Assembly (NCBI GenBank): GCA_963785725.1
Contig: CAWAWS010000014.1
Span: forward strand, 64,001 to 128,000
Source: an uncultured delta proteobacterium
GTDB lineage: Bacteria; Myxococcota_A; Polyangia; Palsa-1104
DNA: 64,000 nt
Direction: 5' to 3'
Shown here one piece after another: positions 1 to 15,060 of this stretch. Both the position numbers and the translations under genes were made by a program. The notes beneath the pieces were generated by a model. It saw only the letters and a program-made list of their open reading frames with translations. It ran no database searches and was not told where the DNA came from. Position 1 is the stretch's first letter. The number at the start of each line of letters is the position of its first letter.

Positions 1-1221
1 CGCCTTTGCGACGCCCAGAATCTGTTTCACCAGCTGCGTCTCCGGCTCGATCTGCCGTTTACGCAGCCAGTAGATGACGTTCGATTCGCCGCTCATGTGG
101 CCGATCTCGATCTCCTGCTCGCGACCGAACAGGCCCGCCGGCACGCCGGAGTAGATGCGGTCGGCCAAGAACGAGTGGCCCTTCTTCTCGGCCTTGATGA
201 TGGCCGCCGCGTGCACGCCCGTCGCCGTGCGAAACGCATCGGCGCCAATGAGCGGATAGTTGTAGGGAACCGAGACCTGCGTCGCCTTGGCCACGAGCCG
301 ACACAGCTGCAACAGCTTCGTCAGATCGTGATCGGGCAGCTCGCCGAGGAGCTTCAAGTTCATCAGCACCTGGTCGAGCGACGCGTTGCCGACGCGCTCG
401 CCGATGCCGAGCATGGTGCCGTGCGCGCGATCGGCGCCGCACTCGAGCGCGATGATGGTGTTGGTGACGCCGAGACCGCGATCGTTGTGCCCGTGCCAGT
501 CGATGCCGACCTTGACGCCCATCGACGCGACGAAGTTCTTGGTCCACTGGATCAAGTTCTTGATGCCGTCGGGCGTGGCGTGACCGACGGTGTCGCACAA
601 GCACAGCCGCTGCACGCCGTGCTCGATGGCGTTGCGGAACAGCGTCGCCAACATCTCCGGCCGCGCCCGCGTCGTGTCCTCGGTGACGTAGGTGCACGGC
701 AAGCCGTTCTGCACCGCGAGGTCGATCGCCTCCGACGACTTCTTGAGCATGCCGTCGAGCGTCCAATCCTCGGCATACAGGCGAATCGGCGACGAGCCGA
801 TGAACGCCATGACCTCGATCGGCGTCCCCAAGCGCTGCGAGATCTCGACGATGGGCTTGATGTCGTTGACGTGCGTGCGCGCCGCCGCCGCCGGCTTGAT
901 GCGCAGCTTGCTGTCGCGGATCTCGCGCGCGATCTCGTAGACGTCCTCTTGCGCGCGCTTGCCGGCGCCGGGCAGCCCGATGTCCATGTAGTCGATGCCG
1001 ACATCGTTCATGAGGTGAACGATCTTCAGCTTGTCGTCGATCTTGGGGTCGACCACGGACGGACACTGCACGCCATCGCGCAGCGTCTCGTCGAAGAACG
1101 AGATCTTGTGCTTGAAGAGCGACCCGGCGCGCCGTTCGAGCGCGTTCCAGTCGTAGATGATGTCGCTCTCCGTGAAATCCGCAGGCGACTTCGAAAGGAC
1201 GCTCTTGTCGCCCGTGCCCAT
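1..1221 (-). CDS. LeuA-family (DRE-TIM) 2-isopropylmalate/homocitrate/citramalate synthase-like protein; 3' end runs off the window
   Basis: Translated by hand from ATG at 1221 (SD-like GAAGGAG upstream): MGTGDKSVLSK...FFDETLRDGVQCP...LCDTVGHATP...WHGHNDRGLG...GIGERVGNA...GHMSGESNV. These are the DRE-TIM motifs. Absent from the ORF track because no stop lies in the window. Confidence 0.88.
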   Translation of the reverse strand, partial: MGTGDKSVLSKSPADFTESDIIYDWNALERRAGSLFKHKISFFDETLRDGVQCPSVVDPKIDDKLKIVHLMNDVGIDYMDIGLPGAGKRAQEDVYEIAREIRDSKLRIKPAAAARTHVNDIKPIVEISQRLGTPIEVMAFIGSSPIRLYAEDWTLDGMLKKSSEAIDLAVQNGLPCTYVTEDTTRARPEMLATLFRNAIEHGVQRLCLCDTVGHATPDGIKNLIQWTKNFVASMGVKVGIDWHGHNDRGLGVTNTIIALECGADRAHGTMLGIGERVGNASLDQVLMNLKLLGELPDHDLTKLLQLCRLVAKATQVSVPYNYPLIGADAFRTATGVHAAAIIKAEKKGHSFLADRIYSGVPAGLFGREQEIEIGHMSGESNVIYWLRKRQIEPETQLVKQILGVAKA

Positions 1222-1245
1222 CCCGTTCTCCTTCAATCGCGCCGC

Positions 1246-2441
<1,196 letters not shown>

Positions 2442-2465
2442 CTCGATCTCTCCTAAAATGTAGCA

Positions 2466-4460
<1,995 letters not shown>

Positions 4461-4482
4461 GACGTTTCTCGCGCTATATATA

Positions 4483-5154
4483 ATGACCGTGAGCGTCCCG
4501 AGTCCAGTGATCGTGTTGGATTTCGACGGCACGGTAACCGAGAAGGACGTCGGCGACGAGGTGTGCGATCGCTTTGCTCCGCCCGCGTGGCGCGACATCG
4601 ACGCCGCATGGGTACGTAATGAAATCTCGCTACCCGAGGCGCAACGGCGAATGTGGGCGTTGGCGCGCGCCGAGCGTCACGAAGCGCTGGCCTACGCGCA
4701 CGAAATCGGCCATTTGCGCCGCGGCCTCGACGAGCTGATGACGAGCTGCGTCGCGCGCGGCTCCGAGCTGTGGCTGGCGTCGGGCGGCTTCGACTTTTAC
4801 ATCGAGGGCATCTTGGGCGCGCGGCTCGACCGCTTCAGCCGCGTCTATTGCAACCGCGCCCACTTCGCCAACGGCAACATCGCCGTCGAGTTCCCGCACA
4901 CCGCCATCGCCTGCGCCCGCTGCGCCGTCTGCAAAGGCAACGTCTGCGACGCGGCACGCGCCGGCGCCGGCGGCATGTTGCGACCGGTCGTCTTCATCGG
5001 CGACGGCTCGAGCGACCGCTGCGCCATCGGCCGCGCCGACCGGCTGTTCGCCGTGCGCGACTCGATCTTGGCGCGCACGTGCGACGAGCGCGGCGCCGCC
5101 TACACGCCGTTCGACGGGCTCGATGAAGTGACCGCCGCCCTCGCTCTCAGCTAA
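4483..5154 (+). CDS. HAD-IB phosphatase, MtnX-like
   Basis: DFDGT motif I, SGGFDFYI, C..CAVCK, FIGDGSSD. Start ATG 4483 or GTG 4489. Confidence 0.85.
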   Translation: MTVSVPSPVIVLDFDGTVTEKDVGDEVCDRFAPPAWRDIDAAWVRNEISLPEAQRRMWALARAERHEALAYAHEIGHLRRGLDELMTSCVARGSELWLASGGFDFYIEGILGARLDRFSRVYCNRAHFANGNIAVEFPHTAIACARCAVCKGNVCDAARAGAGGMLRPVVFIGDGSSDRCAIGRADRLFAVRDSILARTCDERGAAYTPFDGLDEVTAALALS

Positions 5155-5169
5155 CTTATATCAACAAGT

Positions 5170-6288
5170 TTACATCGAGCAGTCGGTCTCGGTGCAGGTT
5201 TGCTTCGTCGGGTCGCAGCTGAGGCCGCTCGCGCATTCGCCGTCGGCGTCGACGCTGCAGCTGCCGCCGAGGCCCTTTTGGTACGTGCAGGCGCCGTTGT
5301 TGCACCATAAGCCGGCGGCGCAGGCAACGCTCGGGCTGCAGGTGCGACCGGGGCCGGCGACGGTCGGGCCGAGCGCGGCGCAGACGCTGTTGGTGCACGT
5401 TTGGTCGGTGGGGCAGCCGCTGCCGAAGCCGGTGGTGTCGACGGCGCAGGCGCGACCGATGTCGGACCACGCGGCGCACGCGCCGTTGACGCACGTCAGG
5501 CCGTCTTTGCACTCGTCGACGCCGGCGCAGGCGCCGCCGCTGCCGACGCGCGCGGCGCACACCTGCTTCGCGCTGCAGCCGAGCCCGTCGGCGCACGGCG
5601 GCAAGCCGGTGCCGCAGGCTTGTCCGACGGCGAGGCGCGGCGCCGTGACGCACTTGCCGCCGACGCAGGCGAGCGAGAAGGCGCATTGCGTGTCGTCGCT
5701 GCACTTGCCGCCGGCTTCGACGAGCAGCTTGCACGTGCTGGTCATTTCGTCGCAGTAGTGGACGGTCGGATCGCACTCGGTCGACGCATCGGATTGAGTG
5801 TTGAGGCAGCTGTTGCCGGTCGGGGCATACGCGACGCAGTTGCCGCCGCAGCCGATCGGTCCCTGGAGACAGGCGCCGCCGAGGCATTGCACGTCGTCGA
5901 CGCAGGCCTCACCGGACCCGAGCTTGGGCTCGACGATGGCGTGGCAATAGCGGAAGACGTCGGCGTTCGCTTGGTCGACGTTGCACGGCAGACTGTCGAG
6001 CTCGTCGAGGCAGCGTTGCGCGCGGCCGCCGTGGAAGGCGATGGTGTTGTTGGCGAGCGCGGTGTCGATGTCGAGATTGGTGCTCGTCGTCGTGCCGAGC
6101 GGCGGCGCGGCCGGGCATTGCGCGGTCTCGCTGGCGCCGAGCAGGCCGCAGCGGATGACGTAGTCGCAGTAGCGGTTGGCGAGCTGGTCGCGGAAGTCGT
6201 CGTAGCTGGAGGGACCGCCGCAGCCGCCGGCGAGCACGAGCGCGAGGCAGCCGAGCCCCCAATGACGACGATGGCCACGCGCGGTCAT
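5170..6288 (-). CDS. Cys-rich repeat lipoprotein (myxobacterial type)
   Basis: Lipobox-like LAGGC. Many G.xC....C..GL.C..G.C repeats. Confidence 0.8.
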   Translation of the reverse strand: MTARGHRRHWGLGCLALVLAGGCGGPSSYDDFRDQLANRYCDYVIRCGLLGASETAQCPAAPPLGTTTSTNLDIDTALANNTIAFHGGRAQRCLDELDSLPCNVDQANADVFRYCHAIVEPKLGSGEACVDDVQCLGGACLQGPIGCGGNCVAYAPTGNSCLNTQSDASTECDPTVHYCDEMTSTCKLLVEAGGKCSDDTQCAFSLACVGGKCVTAPRLAVGQACGTGLPPCADGLGCSAKQVCAARVGSGGACAGVDECKDGLTCVNGACAAWSDIGRACAVDTTGFGSGCPTDQTCTNSVCAALGPTVAGPGRTCSPSVACAAGLWCNNGACTYQKGLGGSCSVDADGECASGLSCDPTKQTCTETDCSM

Positions 6289-6333
6289 GCCGACAGGGTC
6301 GATCGCGCGCTCGCCAAACGCAAGTGAGGTCCG

Positions 6334-9300
6334 CTACACGCTGACCGACAAACCCAGCGATTGGCGCGCGGCCAGGTAGGTGTCGCCGAGCGCGAAGTCG
6401 ATGAGGTCGTTCTCGGCGCCGGGCGCGCCGGCGGCCATGACGATGCGCACGGCGACGGCGAGGTCGTTGCACAAGACGAGGCCGATGCGGTCGGCCGTGC
6501 GGGCGATGGCGCGGGCGTAGCGCGAGAGGTTGAGCGTCGCCTGCGAGCCGGCCAACACGCGCTCGCACAGCGGCGCCACGTCGCGCACGAGCGTGGGCGC
6601 GGCGGCGCTGATTTGCGCGCGTAATTTCGCGATCTCGCCGTCGCTGTCGTCGACGCGCAGGGACGGCGTGGCCAGCGTCAGCGTCGCCAGCAGCGTCTGC
6701 TTGAGCTGGCGCGCCGGCAGGGCGCCGACGGCGGCGCGGCCGGGCAAGAGGAACGCCAGCGCGCGACCGATGCGGAAGGCGAGCGCCGTCGTGTCGCCGA
6801 GCGCCAGCGCCTGCGGGCCGGCCAGCAGGATGGGCGGCCGCGCGGCGCCGACGTGCGTGTCGGACGCGAAGTCGCCGCGACGATAGACCGGCGGCGCGGC
6901 CACGCCCAGCTGATGCGCGCAGTAGCCGAGCACGCGGCCGAACGACAGCGGCAGCAAGTTGGCGTCGAGCGCGTCGTCGGGCTTGACGCCGAGCGCGGCG
7001 AAGTCGAACGGCGGCTGCCACACGGCGAAGATGCGCGCGAACAGCTGCGACAGATCGCGATCGTCTTCGGGATGGCGCAGCTTGTCGATCCAGGCCGAGC
7101 TGTCGTGAATCGGCGATTGCGCGCGCACCAAGAAGCGTGGGCGATGCCGCTTCAGGTAAGCGTTCGACGTCTCCGAGCCGGCGCCGCGCACGGCCAAGGC
7201 CGCGGCGATGGCGTAGGCGGCGTCCCAGCGCTCGCCGTCGTGGTGCAGCTTGAACAGCGCGCGGCCGGGCTCGGGATCGTCGGGCGTCAGCCGCCACGAC
7301 TCGCGCAGCGCCTGCGACGCCGCTTCCCAGGCGCGCGGATCGTCGGACAACAGGCGCGCCAAGGCGTCGCGCGGCCGCGGATCGTCGGGCGCCAGCTTGG
7401 CCGCGATCTCGTACGCCACCTTCGCCGAGGCTTTGTCGTCGAGGCGCGTGCGGTAGAGCTCGGCCAGCTGCGACCACAACGTCAACGCGCGCTCGACGCT
7501 GTAGGCCTCGTTCAGCCGATGGATGAGCTTGCGATATTGCCGCTCGAGCCGCCGGAAATCGCCGGCGCGCGTGGCCGCCGCCTCGAACGCGGCCAGCGCC
7601 TCTTTGCGCGTCGGCTGCGCGTCGAGCACGTGGGTCAAATGATCGAGCGCGCGCGCGTCGTCGCCGGACGCGACGGCGATGCGGCCGGCGTAATCGTGCG
7701 CGTCGACGTGATCGCGGTCGATGTCGAAGGCGGCGCGCAGCGCGGCCGTCGCGGCGTCGAGGTGCGCCGGACCGCTGCGAAACAGCGCCCAGCCGTACAG
7801 CGCGTGATAGTCGGCCTGATCGGGCGCGACGGCGAGGGCGCGCTCGATGAGCGTGCGCGCGCCGTTGACGTCGCCGGCGGCGAGCTGCGACTTGGCCTTT
7901 TGCGCCAGCAGATCGGCGTCGATGGCTTGCGAAGGCGCGTTCGTCTTCGCCCGCTGCCCGAGCTCGGCGTCGTAGGCGGCGCGCGTGTCCTTCGACGACA
8001 GCGTCTCCAGCGCCGTGCGCCACAGCTGATGCAGCTCCTCGACGCGGGCGTGATCGGGGCCGAGATCGACCTCGCTGAAGCGCTCGAGGCGAAACTTGCG
8101 CGTCCGATCGGCATAGGCGGTCGCGATCTGCGCCGCCGTCGCCTGGCGCTCGACGCCGAGCACTTGATAGTGGTCGCGCCCTTGCGTCGCCAAGTAGGCG
8201 TGCAGCACCTCGGCGCGCAATTCGTCGACCGCGGCGCGCTCGACCAGCGGCGCCAGCGGCGCCAGCGACGGCGACGACGTCTTGGCCCGCGGCGGCGGCA
8301 TCTCGACGACGCCCGACACGTCGTCGGCATCGAGCTCGAGCGGCACCGCCTCTTCGGCGCCGGGGACAGCCGGCGCGCCCGGCACGCGCACTTCCGACGG
8401 CTCGTCGCCGAACAGCTGATCGTACAGGTCGCGATCGGGCGGCCGCGCCGACGATTCGGCGGGCGCGCCGATCGGCAGGTTCTCGAGCGCGAACGGGTCG
8501 GTCTTGTCGCCGCCATGCTGCGGCTCGCGTCGTTCGCCCGCCGCGGGCGCGATCTCGGCCATGCCGCAGGCGAGGAGCGCGTCGACCTGCACCATGAGCG
8601 GCGTCGGATCGGCGACGACGAGCAGCTCCTCCAACAGCGGCCGCCGCTGCAGCGCCGTAAGGCCACGATCGCCGAAGACATGCACGAACGCGTCGCGATA
8701 ACGCTCGGCGCGCGCCGTCAACGCGATGCGGCCGCGCACTTTGGCCAGCGTCTGCGCGATCTCGTCGACGTGCGCCGTCTTGCTGAGGCCGGCGAACACC
8801 AGCCGCGGCGCTTCCACCGGCGTCTGCAGCGACGTCGGCGGCGTCACGCCCGGCTGAAACATCCAGTCGCCGTCGCGCCAGCGCAGCACGTTGGTCACTT
8901 TGGCGCGCATCTGCGCGCCCAGCTGCTTCATGAGGTCGGCGTCGGTCAGCCAGCCGAGCTCGACCATCGCCTGCCCGAGCCGCTCTTGCGACTCTTGCGC
9001 GCGCTTCAACGCCTGCTGATGCCGCTCTTCGTCGATGATCCCGCGCGCGATGAGGAAGTGGCCGAGCGTCTCGTTGCGCAGGTTCGACGTCACCGACACC
9101 GGCACGCCATGCACGAGCGCGATGTCCTTCTTGACCTTGCCGCGCTGTAACGTGAGCAGGCCGGCGGCGCGCTTTTCGTACAGCTCGAGCAGGAGGCGCG
9201 GCGGCGCGCGCTCGGCCATCGAGCCCGAGGCCGCCGTCGCCGGCACCGGCCGCGGCCCCGTCGGCGTCACGTCCGGCCGCATCGGCCGAATCGCCGCGAT

Positions 9301-9714
9301 GGTGACCGAGCTGTCCTTCTTCGGCGGCACGCCCACCATCTTGCGAATCGCCTGCAGCATCTCCTTCACCTGGAACGGCTTGGAGAAGAAGATCGCGCCC
9401 GTCTCCGTCTGCAGACGATTGATGGTCGACTGATCTTTGTAGATGGCGCTGGTGACGATGAGCGGCACCTTCTCGCCGTGCTTGTGCTTGCGCAGCTCTT
9501 TGGTGAACTGGAAGCCGTCGACGCGCGGCATCAACAAGTCGCTGATGACCAGATCGTACGGCCCCTTATCGAGCTGCTCGAGCCCCTCTTTGCCGTCGGA
9601 GGCGAGCACGACCTCGGGCGAACGCCCGGCCAGCGTCGGCTCGTGCGTCAACAGCTGCTCGAGGATGCGACGGATATGCTTGTCGTCCTCGACGACCAGG
9701 ATGCGGAGAGCCAC
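6334..9714 (-). CDS. Response regulator: REC + DUF4388-like + degenerate J-domain + TPR repeats
   Basis: ILVVEDD..DLVISDLLMPRVDG..SKPF (REC). LLLELY...GLLTL...G.P.....LGHFLI...WRDGDWMF (DUF4388-like). DHYQVLGV...RAAYD (J-like). Multiple TPRs. Confidence 0.85.
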   Translation of the reverse strand: MALRILVVEDDKHIRRILEQLLTHEPTLAGRSPEVVLASDGKEGLEQLDKGPYDLVISDLLMPRVDGFQFTKELRKHKHGEKVPLIVTSAIYKDQSTINRLQTETGAIFFSKPFQVKEMLQAIRKMVGVPPKKDSSVTIAAIRPMRPDVTPTGPRPVPATAASGSMAERAPPRLLLELYEKRAAGLLTLQRGKVKKDIALVHGVPVSVTSNLRNETLGHFLIARGIIDEERHQQALKRAQESQERLGQAMVELGWLTDADLMKQLGAQMRAKVTNVLRWRDGDWMFQPGVTPPTSLQTPVEAPRLVFAGLSKTAHVDEIAQTLAKVRGRIALTARAERYRDAFVHVFGDRGLTALQRRPLLEELLVVADPTPLMVQVDALLACGMAEIAPAAGERREPQHGGDKTDPFALENLPIGAPAESSARPPDRDLYDQLFGDEPSEVRVPGAPAVPGAEEAVPLELDADDVSGVVEMPPPRAKTSSPSLAPLAPLVERAAVDELRAEVLHAYLATQGRDHYQVLGVERQATAAQIATAYADRTRKFRLERFSEVDLGPDHARVEELHQLWRTALETLSSKDTRAAYDAELGQRAKTNAPSQAIDADLLAQKAKSQLAAGDVNGARTLIERALAVAPDQADYHALYGWALFRSGPAHLDAATAALRAAFDIDRDHVDAHDYAGRIAVASGDDARALDHLTHVLDAQPTRKEALAAFEAAATRAGDFRRLERQYRKLIHRLNEAYSVERALTLWSQLAELYRTRLDDKASAKVAYEIAAKLAPDDPRPRDALARLLSDDPRAWEAASQALRESWRLTPDDPEPGRALFKLHHDGERWDAAYAIAAALAVRGAGSETSNAYLKRHRPRFLVRAQSPIHDSSAWIDKLRHPEDDRDLSQLFARIFAVWQPPFDFAALGVKPDDALDANLLPLSFGRVLGYCAHQLGVAAPPVYRRGDFASDTHVGAARPPILLAGPQALALGDTTALAFRIGRALAFLLPGRAAVGALPARQLKQTLLATLTLATPSLRVDDSDGEIAKLRAQISAAAPTLVRDVAPLCERVLAGSQATLNLSRYARAIARTADRIGLVLCNDLAVAVRIVMAAGAPGAENDLIDFALGDTYLAARQSLGLSVSV

Positions 9715-9744
9715 GCAATCCCAATTTTATCACGATCGCGCCGT

Positions 9745-11812
<2,068 letters not shown>

Positions 11813-11813
<1 letters not shown>

Positions 11814-12073
11814 CAGTATTCGTCGCCGTCGCAGCCGCCGCCGGGACGGTTCGACTGCTTGCACGGGTCGAACACGGCCTCTTTGGCCTCGCGACCGTCG
11901 CCGCGGATCATGCCGAGCGAAAACTGCTTCTCGACGCGACCGTCGCCTGGGGTCGGCGTCGGCGAGCCGGCGGCGCGCAGGCACAGGTCGCCGCAGCGCT
12001 CACGCACTTCGCCGACGCGCTCCAGCGTCTCCAGGCGCGCCCCGCATTCGCATCGGTATTCGTAGATCGGCAT
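11813..12073 (-). CDS. FmdB-family zinc-ribbon protein
   Basis: [11 protein letters not shown]-terminus. Stop overlaps the oppD start. Confidence 0.75.
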
Positions 12074-12104
12074 CGAGCAATTGTGCGCTGCAACCTGGCG
12101 CCGG

Positions 12105-12983
12105 TCAAAGCGTCGCGAGCAGCTCGTGGGCCCGCGCGTCGTCGGGACGGAGCTGCAAATAGCGGGTCAAATGCGTGCGCGCGGCGTCGTGCTCGCCGTC
12201 GCGGGCGCAGGCGACGCCCAAGTTGTAGTGCGCGTCGGCGAACTCGGGACAGCTCGAGACCACGCGATACCACTCCATGCGCGCCAAGGCCCGCTCGCCG
12301 ATGTCGTCGAGCAGGTTGCCGAGGTTGTAGCGCGCCTCGGGCTGCTCGGGATCGAGCGCCAGCGCCTTTTCGTAGTGCTCGCGCCCTTCGCCGCGTTCGC
12401 CGCGCCGATAAAGCAGGTTGCCCAAGTTGGTGTGCGCCGCGGCCAGCGCCGGATCGCCGGCCAGCGCCTGCCGATAGGCCGTCAATGCCGCCTCTTCGTC
12501 GCCGCGCGCTTCGGCGGCGCCGCCTTCGATGAACCAGCCCCACGGGCTGTCGGCCAGCGTCGTCGCCGCCGTCTCGGCTTTGGGCGGCGTCGGCGCGGCC
12601 AGCTCCGCGACCTGGCCTTCCAACTCCTCGATGGCGAAGTCCATCACCAGCTGGCCCGACAGCGGCTCGAACGCGGCCGTGCCGTCGCTGACGAGCAGCT
12701 TCTCGCCGTCGGAGCGGACGCGCAGCCGCGCCAGCGGACGATCGATGCCCGGCCACTGCGCGCGCAGCGCCTCCAAGTTCTTGCGCGCCCGCTGCAAGGT
12801 CACGCCGCGATCGAGCAGCTCCTTGGCCGTGCGCACGCCGACGAGATCTTGGAACGTGTAGACCGTGCGTCCGCCCGAGCGCTCCGACGGACCGACGACG
12901 CCCGTCTGCGCCCAATAACGCACGCGCGACTCGGAGATGCCGACGATCTGCGCCACGTCGCGCGATGTGTACATCTGCTTCAT
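12105..12983 (-). CDS. MerR-type HTH + TPR protein
   Basis: YTSRDVAQIVGISESRVRYW...YTFQDL, then about 4 TPRs (AHTNLG, ARYNLG, AHYNLG). Start ATG 12983. Confidence 0.85.
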   Translation of the reverse strand: MKQMYTSRDVAQIVGISESRVRYWAQTGVVGPSERSGGRTVYTFQDLVGVRTAKELLDRGVTLQRARKNLEALRAQWPGIDRPLARLRVRSDGEKLLVSDGTAAFEPLSGQLVMDFAIEELEGQVAELAAPTPPKAETAATTLADSPWGWFIEGGAAEARGDEEAALTAYRQALAGDPALAAAHTNLGNLLYRRGERGEGREHYEKALALDPEQPEARYNLGNLLDDIGERALARMEWYRVVSSCPEFADAHYNLGVACARDGEHDAARTHLTRYLQLRPDDARAHELLATL

Positions 12984-13426
12984 TCGTCGACGTCGACGTC
13001 GAGGTAGATGAGCGTTCCCGCCGCGCGGACGCGCACTTCGCCGGCGCGGACTTTGACTGGTCCGTCGCACAGGCGCTGCGCTTCGCGCTCGGCCAGCTTC
13101 TGCACGCGACGCAGCATGCGCGCGTCGTCGCCGATGAGCTGCGCCAGGTGCTCGGTCATGCGCACGTCGCACGGGTCGCGCACCAGCTGCGCCAGCTCGG
13201 CGACGTCGATCGTGACCATCGTCGAGCCGAAGTAGCGCTGCGCGGCCGTCGGCGAGGCGGCGCGCTTGCCCTCGGACAAAATGCGCGCGCGATCGAGCAC
13301 GAGATCGATGGCGGCGACGGACAAGCGCTCGCGGACTTCGCGCTCGAACAAGGTGACACGCTCGGCGCGCGCCATCGGCTTCTTGGTCAGGAGCGCATCG
13401 AGATCGCGCGCGAGCTGCGGCTTCAT
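12980..13426 (-). CDS. Hypothetical protein
   Basis: 148-aa ORF with ATGA overlaps at both ends and GC3-rich codon usage. Confidence 0.7.
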   Translation of the reverse strand: MKPQLARDLDALLTKKPMARAERVTLFEREVRERLSVAAIDLVLDRARILSEGKRAASPTAAQRYFGSTMVTIDVAELAQLVRDPCDVRMTEHLAQLIGDDARMLRRVQKLAEREAQRLCDGPVKVRAGEVRVRAAGTLIYLDVDVDE

Positions 13427-15060
13427 GGAGAGCCGAGCGTACTCGGATCGGCGAGGTGATCGCAATTTAACGACGGCATCGAAAGCAGCTGCCGCGCGCG
13501 TGCCAACGCCGTCTCACGCGCGACGCCGATCGCGCAGGCCTGATGCGCGGCGAGGAACGCTTGCCAGGCGGCGAAGCGCAGCGTCTGCGGCTCGTCGAGC
13601 GCGATCGTCACCGGCACGACGACGGCCTCTTTCGCCAACGCGCGGTCGAGGTCGAGATCGTATTGCACGACGCGCGGCTCACGTGAGACGAGCTGCGCGG
13701 TCACGACATCGCGCGGCCCGAGCAGCGGCGCCAGCTGCGGCTGCTCGTGCACGCGCTCGTCGCGATAGCCGGGATAGGCCAAGAAGTGGCGATGCACGAC
13801 GTCGAGATCCGGCCGCCGGCCTTCGACCGCCGTCAGATACCACAGGCCGAAGATGGTCTGGAAGTCGCTGGTGACGACGAGCGCGCGCGGCGGCGCGGCG
13901 TCGAGGAAGCGGCCGAGCGTGGCGCTGGTGTCGCCGAAGCCGGCGCGCGACCAGCGCGCAAAGCCGCTGCCGCCGCCGATGACGACGCTGACGACGAGCG
14001 CGCCCGCGACGACGCGAGCCGCGCGCGGTCGCTGCGCCGCGGCCGCGATGACGGCCGGCAGCGCGCACGCCAACGCCGCCAGCAGCGCCACGGCCGCTTC
14101 GAGGTAGCCGTAGGCGTCGGGATTGGCGGGATCGAAGCCGACCAGCGCCGGCGTCGCGGCATCGGCGAGCGCGGCGGCGAGCAAGAGGAGCGCCAGCCGC
14201 ACGCGACCGAGGCGCATGAGCACGTACGCGCCGCCGAGCGCCGCCAGCGCGCCGACGAGCCACAGCTCGGCCGCGAGCGCGCCGGCCACGCCCGCGATGT
14301 CGGTCGCCTGCCCGCGCGCCACCGCTTTTTGGAACGCGCGCGCGCTGACGGTCCAAAAGAGGCGCGCGAACGTCGTCGGCGCGCCCCAGTTCACGAGCGG
14401 ATGACGCGCGGCGCGCAGCGGCAAATAACACCACATGGCGAGGCCCAGCGTGGCGACGGCGAGCGCGCGCAGGCTCGTCCGCGCGCCGACGCCGGTCGCG
14501 AACAGCAGCGCCGCCGGCACGACGAACGTCAGCGCCAACAGGTGATGATTCGACAGCGCCAGGCCGGCCGCGAGCGCCGCCGTGTAGACGCGCCGGCGGT
14601 CGCCGGTCTCGTCATAGCGCGCCAATTCGTAGGCCGCCGTGACGACGAGCAGCGCCGACAGCGCGTAGACCTCGGGGCGAACGGCTTGGAAGGCGGCGGC
14701 ATACGAGAGCGCGAACAGGAGGCCGGCCGCGGCGCCGAGGACGTCGTCGATGCGCGCGTCCGATTGCGCCGGCAGCCGCGCACGTCGCGCCACGAGCGCG
14801 CCGAGGCGCGTCGTCTGCGCCGCCGCCGCCGCGCCCGCCAACGCCGACGCCAAGCCGACGCGCAGCGCGACCGATCCGAAGGGCATGAGCGCGCAGGCAC
14901 GCCCGAGCAGCGACGGCAGCGGATGGCCGGGTGGATGCGCGACGCCGAGCCCGAACGCCGCCGCCGCCAACTCCGACGAGTCGAGCCAATAGACATCGGG
15001 CGCCAACCCGGCGACGTAAAAGACGAACGCGACCAGGAAGACGAGGAGCGGCGCCGTTAT
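13423..15060 (-). CDS. DUF2723 (TMEM260-like) GT-C membrane glycosyltransferase
   Basis: LAPDVYWLDSSEL...LGVAHPPGHPL, A.RPEVY, GLALSNH, YLPLRA...NWG.P, many TM segments. Start codon uncertain; ATA at 15058-15060 is a candidate. Confidence 0.82.
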   Translation of the reverse strand: MTAPLLVFLVAFVFYVAGLAPDVYWLDSSELAAAAFGLGVAHPPGHPLPSLLGRACALMPFGSVALRVGLASALAGAAAAAQTTRLGALVARRARLPAQSDARIDDVLGAAAGLLFALSYAAAFQAVRPEVYALSALLVVTAAYELARYDETGDRRRVYTAALAAGLALSNHHLLALTFVVPAALLFATGVGARTSLRALAVATLGLAMWCYLPLRAARHPLVNWGAPTTFARLFWTVSARAFQKAVARGQATDIAGVAGALAAELWLVGALAALGGAYVLMRLGRVRLALLLLAAALADAATPALVGFDPANPDAYGYLEAAVALLAALACALPAVIAAAAQRPRAARVVAGALVVSVVIGGGSGFARWSRAGFGDTSATLGRFLDAAPPRALVVTSDFQTIFGLWYLTAVEGRRPDLDVVHRHFLAYPGYRDERVHEQPQLAPLLGPRDVVTAQLVSREPRVVQYDLDLDRALAKEAVVVPVTIALDEPQTLRFAAWQAFLAAHQACAIGVARETALARARQLLSMPSLNCDHLADPSTLGSP

